From: Atractiella rhizophila
Lineage: Eukaryota
Length of the DNA stretch: 35,059 nt
Direction of reading: 5' to 3'
Assembly (NCBI GenBank): GCA_021432655.1
Contig: MU271654.1
Location: 1-35,059 of the forward strand
The translations under genes were made by a program, and so were the position numbers. Of the stretch, positions 1 to 9,300 are shown one piece after another. A model generated the notes under the pieces. The model made no database searches and was not told the origin of the DNA. It worked only from the letters and a program-made list of their open reading frames with translations. Positions within the stretch are counted from its first letter, which is position 1. Each line of letters begins with the position of its first letter.

Positions 1-1113
1 GAAGAAGAATCGTTCGATGGTAGATTTAGCTGTGCTGGTGGAGAGGGAGGCTCTACGTCTGAAAGCGGGGAAGACTTGACAGATGGTATGATTGGAGACA
101 TAGACTCAGCCAGAGGAGGATCCTTAGTGTGAGAGCTTGTTGGAGACGGATGCCGAGAGGGTGCACCTCCAGAAGACAATTCCGCCACGAGTGGAAGCTC
201 CGAGGACGAGGATGAGGACGAAGAGGATGTATCATGATAGGCATCCTGAGATAAGGGAACTGAAAGGTCCCAACTGAAGACCATCGTACCATCGTGATCA
301 AAGATATCAAGAAAGCCTGTCTCCTTCTCGTCCCCAGCGATGAGTGTTGATAATTCTGACAGGAACTCGTCAAAGTCCTTTCTCAGATTCCACATCTCGG
401 ATTCGCCTCTCAATCCACGGGAATGAAAGTTCCAGCAGAACTTCTTTTTGTCCAGGGGCCCATCGAGTAAGAGACCCCAAAAAAAGGTGCGAGGTATCGC
501 TGCGAGCGTGTAGACAGCACCACGGCCCAGTTGCACTTTTCCGTCGGCAGCCGCCGACTTGTCCCCCGTCTTGACTTCTATGCCACAGGTCGCACAAGAG
601 TAGGCAGCGACGACGTTGTCATTTTTGCAGGAAGTGATCATCGCATCCATCTTCAAGGAATCTCGCTGGGTAGCGTTGCCGGATGACTGCAGACTTTCGT
701 CCACTTTATGATACCTAGGTTTGGATTCCGGTAGAACCACCTGAGCTCCTGATGCATCAACGTCGCCAGAAAGATTCAGACCTGCTTACACTGAATAAGC
801 GCTCCATAAAATCGCATAGTGTGCTTTCGTTCTGCCAATCCCTAGGATTGAACTTCAGGATTCCTTTTCGGGATAAACCTCTGTATTCGGGGTTGACGAC
901 CTTGGGACGCAAACCATTGACGTGGACGAGAGGAGACTCGGAGCCGATGCGACTATTGAGCTGCTGAAACCGCGCTACACGGTTAAAAGGGGAGTGGGAT
1001 TTCTTGTTGGGCGTGAATCCGGCACTGGTCGTGGTGAGCCCTGCTTCGTCTGCCGTTCTCTTGTTGGAAGGCGAAGCCGCTGGAGGAGGAGAAAGTGTCT
1101 TGAGCGGCGCCAT
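1..1113 (-). CDS. Partial gene (runs off left edge), probably the N-terminal PD-(D/E)xK-like region of a FunK1-type fungal kinase
   Basis: ATG at 1113. A GT-AG intron at 789-741 joins the 757..1122 ORF to a frame that stays open to base 1: ...KMDAMIT...GIEVKTGD...KVQLGRGAVYTLAAIPRTFFWGLLL...HSRG...ETGFLD, then a Ser/Pro-rich linker. The D..EVK..QL..R-F-x-G pattern resembles FunK1 N-terminal domains. No kinase motifs lie inside the window. Confidence 0.5.
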
Positions 1114-2806
1114 CAGGATCACAACACGCGTTAAAGTGTTTTCTTCCGGGTCTGCTCCATCTCAACAACCACGTCGTTCAAAGGGGCCTTGGTCTTGACG
1201 TTTTCGGCAGGTCAAACAAAGGTGGGGGAAGCCCCTGAAGGGGATATAATGTACGCGACCATTGGTTTTTGCCGCTGACTGACACCGACCCAAAAGAAAG
1301 ATCGAAATGAGTTCCTCCCCTAACTGACTTTGCATTGAAAGAACAATTGCCTCTCTGGAAATGGTGGATACAGTTACCAACCAGTCCCCCCCAGTTCCCC
1401 CACTCCACTTCTTCTTAAAGTAATGCCTCACCTCCTTCGCCTTCACCAGCTCAAACCCTTTCTCCTTCTCCTTCCCCTTGTCTGTGTGTTTGAACTTAGG
1501 CTTGGATTTGTAGGAGGCTAGTCAGGAATGTTCGCTCCAACGAAAGCAGTTTCATTTCAGCAAACGCAGGTTCAAATGAAGTGAGTCTCGCTCTTGCTAA
1601 GCCCTGTTCACTTCAGAGAATCCAGTATCATTGCCAAGAAGTGAGTATCATTTCAGTGAACTGGGGATTGTTCTACCGAAGCCAGTCTAGGGCTCACTAA
1701 GTCCTGTTTGCTCTTGCGAACGCAGGAGTGGTGTTGCGAAGCCTGGATGACTGCAACAAAGTGCCCGTTGCTTGAGCAAAGCCAGTCGATTTTTCATGTC
1801 TGCTTCATAACTCCAAGGCCACATGGGTCCTTTGTTCACGTCAAGCGTGTGGCTTCGCTGCCTACACCTCTAGTTCACCATGAAGAACTCAAGGTCATGT
1901 TCAAGCATCCATGGTCAGTTCATTTGTCACACATGGTATTCTTAGTTCCCTCCAGCTAAGTTCATGAAGCGATCCGTGAGCTATACAAAATCTAACACCT
2001 TTTCACTTTCCTTTTCAAGATTTTTTCAAAGCCAGAATGATATTGGACACGCTGTTTACAAAAAATACTGCCACGATGAAGATGAAGACTGGCCCAAAGT
2101 CTCGTTAGAAAGTTGGCAACAGAGTATAAATGCTCTCTTCCCAGTCCACAGAAACAATAGAACACTTGCTCCGATTGATATCCCTCTCTCCCAAACCCCA
2201 ACTTCATCCTCCAAAGCCAATCTCTTCAACAAAATCCGGTGTTACCCGATTTTTCACTTTGGCTCCGTGATAACGTTCGTCCAAGACGACAACTGTAGCG
2301 AAGCGAGGTCTATTCGTCGTGGGGGCAATCTGTGGTCCGCCACCGATGTAAAGATATTCGCCTAGATCAATACAATCGTCGACAGTTAGACAAAAACTTC
2401 GGATCAATTTTCGTCGTTACCCCGAGCCTGTCAGCTAACTTCCTATAGCTCAGTTCTTACCCTTTGATGTAGGTTGGCTGCAGCGACACAGGAGCGGACA
2501 TGTCGACTGAGCAAAAGGTGGGTATCACTGTAACTGGTACAGACTCTTTAGACTTACCAGTCCGTAATCGGATTGACGATCAGGTAAGGTAATGGCGTTG
2601 GCGGTTTCTTTCGCAAGGTTTTGGCTAGGGTTACATGCTCCGCCATTCCAGGGCTGAACGCTTTCATGTTGTCCGCCGAGATACACACCATGACAACCTT
2701 TGAAAACAAATGGATTAGTGCTGGCTGCTTTCTAATGAGTAATGAGGATTGGATTGCAAAGAGAAAAAATCGTAAATATAAACAGAAAGGGTTCCCAACC
2801 GCTAAA

Positions 2807-5036
2807 TCAGTCCCTTACACCACCATGCTCACGTCGGATACAATCCAACATGTCCATATCGTGATCGGCAAGGATCAGTTCACCATCTACCGCATCGTCG
2901 GGTCGCCACAACTCCGGACCTTTATTCACATTCATTGGATATCGCACTTCCCCAATCTTCCCTGCCCAGTCGAAGTCCACTAGCATAACTTGCTTTTCGT
3001 CCCGTGACACCAGGATGTTCGTCTGCCGAACATCGCCGTGAACGTAACTTCGCTGGTGCAGTTCGCTCAGCATCCTTTCAATCGTATCAAGCAGCGTGGA
3101 CGCGGGCGTCGTCAGCATGGTAAGCCCAATGTATTCCTCCTCCGGCAACCAATCCATCACTACCATCTTCCAACCACCAGGGAGCTCTTCAAAACCTCGA
3201 AGCTTTGGCGCAAATCCTAGGGAAGCGCATACCAAATGAGCCTCTTTCGAATACTGGCGAAAAAACTTGACACAAAGGTCCGGCCGTTCTGATTGGTTGC
3301 AGAGGAAGACTAGCTTTTGATCGTGGGGCTGGGATATGTAATCGAAATTTAAGGGATCACCTCCTGCGAGAGGAGTGAACGTTGTTCGATATGGATACAG
3401 TTGGGGTTGGCGTGCTGTCAAATGCGTTGTGTCGGTTTCGACGCCTCGATAGTATTGGTCCAGGAGGTTTACCGTCTTTCTGAATGCCGCAAGGTGGCGA
3501 GCCACCGTCCTCCGTACATTCGTGTCCGTAGGGTGGTGATGCAGTGGGAGAGCAAAGGATAACGTCTGGATGACAGGGCGCAAATTCCACACGGCACCAG
3601 CAAACGAGATATAAGGCCCTATTGTGAATAGCTGAATTGATCAAGTTTCTACTAGGACGAACCAATGCAACTGACCGAATAAAAGGATCAGCATACAGGG
3701 CAACGACGAGTGTTGCAGTCTAACTGCGTGATCTCTGGTCGACTCGAAGTAGTCTAAAATCCCCTGAGCGTACGGCTCGGTACCAGTTTTTCCGATTTCG
3801 TTCTTGAACTCTGCAATAGCGTAGCGCAAGCCTGCCACGGATATATCGCCATCCGTCCTGTACCTATTGATATCGCTCGGGACGAGATGAATACCGTGAG
3901 TTCTGAAAACGCGGCGAATTGCATGTGCACGTCTATCTTCGTTCGGATAGAGGTCTGACATGACGGAGCAGAGCTCTATAGTGAGGTCGCTGTCTTCTTT
4001 GGTCACTTCGTGATTCTCGCAATCGTCGAGAAATGTCCCAAAAACAGCGTGTAAGAGTGTGGGAGGAATCGTTGCAGTGACGATATCAGAGCGGTTGCAA
4101 TAGATCATCGTTTCGGGAGACTTCTGGCGAATCATGAACTCTTCCAACCTCGCCGCTGCAGATGGATTTTCGCTCTTATTTGCCCTAATAAAGGCGGATC
4201 TCCGTGCTCCGACATTATGTTGCTCAAGGGAACGGCCAGGGGATCCACACGTAATCGTACGAAATAATAAATTAGGAGACGAAGGGTCAGTCATCCATCG
4301 GAAGAACAGGTTGATAACGATGGCTCACTAGAGGGAGGGGCATCGGCCACGATGTGAACATGGTCGAAAACTGGTAAGTTATCGAAGAAGAGGCTAGACA
4401 GCAGGTCGACAACAAGCAAAGGCCCATTTTCATCAAACTTTAGCTTCTTCACATCTTCTTCAAAGTCTTTGTGGTAGGGGATGGAGGTCTTGTAGAGGAC
4501 GAGCGAATCTGCTTCCACGTCTCGCAACCGAATGGGCAGGGATACTTTTATCGCATTCTTGAGGTCCGCAACCGTCTTCGTGCTGGGGATCTTGACATGG
4601 AAGAGTTCGTCGAAAATACTACCTCGTATCCAACAATTCAGAGACAAGTCTGGGAAAGCACGATTAACAAGGTGGTAGAAAGAGTGAGAATGAATAGCGC
4701 ACTCGTAGGTTGGATGACGATAACGTTCAGGTGAGTATTGTCTTCGATGGTAAACAACTTCGATAATTCGGTTAGTGGATGCAAATGCAAATGTTCCTTG
4801 TCGTTCAAAGATAGATTCTTGAGCTGATCCTCGAAGCCTTCAGCGGGGAGAGAGACTTTGTAGAGGACAAGCTTTCTTGGGTCCACATCTCCAAACTCAA
4901 GAGACCGGGCTGGGCTGGTCACTATGTCTTCTTTGAGGAGCGCGACGGTTTTCGTGCTGGAGATGTTGACATTGAAGATTTCGTTGACATCAGTACCTCG
5001 AACCCAGCAGTTTAGACGAAGCGTTTTGGGGCTCAT
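2807..5036 (-). CDS. Crinkler (CRN)-like protein: two tandem ubiquitin-like header domains + PD-(D/E)xK REase + kinase-like domain (multi-exon)
   Basis: Header 1 (LNCWVRG..IFNVNIS..TVALLKEDI..LVLYKV..HLNVIV) and header 2 (LNCWIRG..LFHVKIP..TVADLKNAIK..LVLYKT..HVHIVA) are joined in frame by intron 4702-4650. REase motif RTDGDI..AEFKNEIG..EPYAQ. Kinase-like motifs CVKF, APKL..MVVMD, VHGDVRQTNILV, LVDFDWAG..RYP..DHD. The splice junction near 4330-4200 could not be resolved. Confidence 0.85.
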
Positions 5037-5199
5037 TGTTGCGAGCGGCGTTGATGGCGAGCCTCAGCTGTGGCAACGAATTGAGCCTAAGCTCTTGAAG
5101 CTCTGAAGTCATAGCCCTAAGCTTGTGCCACAGCCACAGCTGGAAGGAACGTTCGGGGAATATTCAGTTTTTGCTGTGATTTGTGTGTGTTTGCCAACA

Positions 5200-6097
5200 A
5201 TGTGCGATGCGGCGTTCCTAGCAGCACATGTCAACACCTTAACCCCAGAAACAGAAGCAATCGGGAGAGCCCGAAAGAACCCATTCAGCTCCTTTCCATC
5301 AAAGCCGTTCAATGCTCACGCATCAAACATCGAATACCCTGCGGCGTATCGAGCGGCTGAAAGAGAGACGAGGGGGAAATGGGTTTCCATAAAGATAGAG
5401 AAATTTATGGAGCTGATCTCGACGTGCAGCCATCAGGATGAAGAGACCATTTCCCATCTCCTCAAAACGCGCAAAGAAATCGTGCTTCCAACCGCAGAGC
5501 CGAAACAGTGCGACGTCGTGGTAAGTGTTCTGCCCGATTATGAAAATGGGTTTCATGGATGGGACAGATCGACTGCATGAAGGAGTATCTGGATACTGGA
5601 TGGAAGCAGGTTAACACTTCTGCGAATGTCGACTCAGACATTCCTGATGTCTTCGGCGCTGGTGGCGTCAAACCGGATATCACTCTTTACTCGCCGTCTA
5701 TGCTACCCCTCGAAGGGAGGCCTACCGACATGAAGAAGGCGGAAGTGTTTTGGAAGATTAAAATTGGCGTTACCCCGTTTCGCGATCCTCCAGAAGAGGC
5801 CGACGAAGACGATGCAGAGACAGCGGCAGACGAAAACAACACCGAGAAAATTGATACCGACGGCGACGGCGACGGCGCTGACGAGGGTGATACCTACCAA
5901 GTCGACGCATATGAAGAGGATGCGTACGAAGTCGAGGAATATGAGGATGATGCATACGGGGACAATCCGGCCGCCGACGATACCATCGAAGAACTGGATT
6001 CTCTAAACAACTTTGAAAATCCAGCCGAGAAGGCAGCGGAGATCCGTGGGCAAATAACGATTTACAACGCTGTCATCCAAAGTCTCCAACACAGGAC
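5200..6097 (+). pseudogene. FunK1 (fungal-specific, Pkinase_fungal-type) kinase gene, 5' part, cut by the transposon insertion
   Basis: ATG at 5200 and intron 5521-5567. Motifs VKPDI..PFRDP..(acidic insert)..RGQITIY..QHRT. The reading frame is interrupted exactly at the TSD 6091-6097. Confidence 0.8.
5761..6097 (+). repeat. Copy 1 (left part) of an in-frame ~0.4-kb tandem duplication inside the FunK1 gene; continues at 12389-12438 after the transposon
   Basis: aaattggcgttaccccgtttcgcgatcctcc...ctccaacacaggac closely matches 12439-12805, with scattered SNPs and one 30-bp indel. Confidence 0.9.
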
Positions 6098-6113
6098 CAA
6101 GGGGCGGCCAGAA
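6098..6113 (+). repeat. Left terminal inverted repeat of the P-like element
   Basis: caaggggcggccagaa, the exact reverse complement of 12366-12381. Confidence 0.95.
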
Positions 6114-6360
6114 GCTTAGGCGCTGCCTGACAAGCCTCACACTTAGGGGGTCATTTAGGGGGTCAAACTCTATTTTCAAAAAATATTTTTTGAAAGCTCG
6201 GTCCCGAACCCACTTTCTCGTCTCCGCCCGACCAGAAGTGCGCTTCACTTTTACCTGTCATTAATGTGGTGCAAGTTCATGCAACATGCTGCTGTACTGG
6301 AGTAAAGCATTAGAAATTGTACTGTAAGCAAAGGTGATTAAACGACCGACCCGATGCTGC

Positions 6361-9300
6361 CTATAAACCGCTTCCACCTGCACCGTCATCCTCCTTTGGC
6401 TTTTCCGTCCCCTCTCTCACACTCACTGCTCCTCTCAATCCCATACCCATCGTGATCCCACAACCTCTTCCTCGTCGTGAGCCACCCCGAAGCACCTTCT
6501 CTCCCCTCAATCTCCTGAGCTCATTCTCTGTTCCCTTTCTACGCTTTTTCTCCCACTCCAGCACCTCCATAATCATCCCCTGATATCGGTCATGAGATTG
6601 TCCTAGGCGCAAGATGTTATGGCATGCATTCGGAATGGATGCAACCCGGTCTGTCTTCTCCTCACCTTTGTGAGCGTGCTGCCAATGCTCCGAGAGAGTG
6701 TAGGTCCACAGGGTGAGCTTGCAATTGCCGCCTGGGCAAGGAAAGGGGTGGTTTGTGACAGGGTTGGAGTCATAGTAGCTGCGGGCTTTCTGGATGGAAA
6801 AGTTATCTAGTTCTTTGAGGACAGGACAGTCGGATAGGTGAAACTTGGGATCTTTGCTGTTTCCCTTCGTTAAGGCCGTCGTTGTATGCCCGAACGATCC
6901 ACATGCACCACATGTGTAGTCCTTTGCCTGATGTAGTTTTGTTAAATTCAAGATCAAGAGAAGCAGAAGCTGAGGTTTGAACTCACAGTGCGGTTGTGAG
7001 GTTCAACAGATACATCAACTAAAGGCAGTTCCAGCTCTCCATCCCATACTGGATCAGGTGGAAGCCCTGCCGAACGTTGATGTTCCAGGTGGATTTTCAG
7101 GACTTGATTGAACGCAATATGGCCCACAACATCGATCGCATTGTCTCGGAGAATGAGGTCACATCCAGCAGCAGGGCACGTCATGGTGCCGGCAAGTGAG
7201 GTCCTGACCAGTTGTTGCAGATGAGGTGTTGTAAAGGCAACATGCCCAGCTAAAGCATCTATATCTATCAGGACAGCAACCAGCAAACGATACAATAGAA
7301 GACTGACCAATATTTGTATAAGGAAAGCCCTTTGGAGGTGCTTTGAAATGGATCATCTCCTTCTTCTTCCGGTTCCTGAAGATAGCTTCCAGTGTCTCAA
7401 CACATGCACATAAAGCTTCATGTTGGAACTCGAGCCACTCCAGTCCACTTCCCACCGGTGTCAATGTGCTTCCTTCCCCTCCGACAAACACCACCAGCTG
7501 GCTGCTAATATCCCATGGCGAGTCACAAAGAGATTGAGGATACCGCCAGACCCAGCGGGTGGAAGCCACGCCATCCCAAAGATCCACAAGCGAGATTCCT
7601 CTCACTCTCAAAGTCACATTCCTCGTACTTTGACCAAGGTCTTTCTTAGCGATTTGCACACCACTTCGGCCATCTTGTGATGTATCCTGAAGCTGGAGAA
7701 GGAGTAGGGATATCACAGTGCCAGTGTGAGCAAGGGTGGCCACTACTTCTTGGGGCATGAGGGTAGATGATGGGTCTACCGGGTTGGCTTGAACAAGAGC
7801 TGAATGGTTGGGTTGGAGAGCGGCCCAAGCACCATGCGCATTTGCGCTCGGTATCCCTGCTACACGTTCTCCTCGGTTCTTGGAAAACGTCCGATAGTTT
7901 TGGTTCAAAACTTCTCGAGAAAGCCACTTGATGTGGACACGGTCGCCTTCTGGATCTAGCCGTGTGTGGAGGTAGAGGTCATCATGCTTTACATGACGCC
8001 GGAATGTTGGATGTTGAGGCACAGAGCGTCCATGGATGACTTGAGGCTCAGGAGTAGAAAATGTTGATGGGATGGTGGACAATTGTTGCTGTCTGACAGA
8101 ACTTTCTGCCTCAGAGGGTTCTAGTACATAAGCAGGCTTTGATAAGCAAATGGTACAAGATGGACACGGATTGACGGACCACATTGATCTCGTACGGAAT
8201 GCTTTCGTTCGTCCTCTTCTACTGCATGAACCAACAGCTGTAGACGATCAGCTTCCGAAATGCCCGGTAAGTTGGTGACATCGACATCAGCCTCATTCCG
8301 TAAGAAGAGGGCAGCCTCTGGTGGCATCTCTGATGAGGTAGATTTGTTGGATTCATTCTGTCGTGTTTCGTATCTTTGATTAAGGTCAGCCTCGAGGTGT
8401 GCAGCTGCTGGCAGTGGTTGATTGATGGACGACCCCTCAGAGGAATAGTCGTCGGTGGCGAGCTTCTGGTCACGTCCAATGATATCGCTAAACGGCTTGG
8501 ATTCAAATTCGGAGAGGTCAGACGAAAGCCCAGGGATATTTAACTCCTCCACGAAGCCACATGCTTTCTGAACACCCTTTTCCCATGATCCCTGTGGATC
8601 CTGGAAGGAACTCCCAAACACTTCCCCCACCCAGACCCTTACGCTGATGTGATCAAGATCCTCATCCTCTGGCCTAACATCACGGCGCTTATCTCTTGGC
8701 TTGAGTTCTGGATTGGATGCAAGGATATCACAGACTTCAAAGGCAGCAACTGATGAGATGGCAGCTTGGAGCATGTCAAAACTGCAGTTGCCACGGACAA
8801 CTGTACGCAGCACTCCAAAAAGTTGCTCGAGGCGATCTGTCCCAAGCTGGATAAGAAGGACTTCAAGGGTTGGATCCAGACGTCGTGAGCGTGCAGCATA
8901 GACCCAGGCACCTGTTGCGGTTGCAAGAAAGTCGTGGAGGATCTGCCACGGAATAAATCTCGATTTGGCACTTCGGAAGCCAATAGTCATAAGCACCATT
9001 GCCTCCGTCAGTTGTTCAAGCTGCTCGGTAAGAGAAAGTCGGACATCAAAAAATGGTGAAATGAGGGCACAGTGAAGTATAGTTCCGATGAATTGATAAG
9101 CCTTGGTCTCCATTGAACGATTGCGGGTGGTATCGAAAGGCTCATTGACATGTCGCAGTTCAGTTGTACGCTTTGCCAAGGTGTATGCGCGAGGTACATT
9201 CATCTTGTCTTTATCGAAAAAGAGCAATTCCCATTGACGGACCGTGAAGTCGGGAAAGCATGCTTGAAGATGGGCAAGCAGGGTCATCGGATAGACTGTC

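Noticed and set aside
1160..2740. Minus-strand exon-like pieces with GTAAG donors and CTAAC/CTGAC-type branch sites between the CRN gene and the left FunK1-like gene
   Set aside because: I could not assemble a stop-free model or recognise a family; probably a decayed gene.
5860..5960. Periodic 30-bp units as a possible CRISPR-like array
   Set aside because: They are coding tandem repeats of an acidic peptide with no unique spacers, in eukaryotic DNA.
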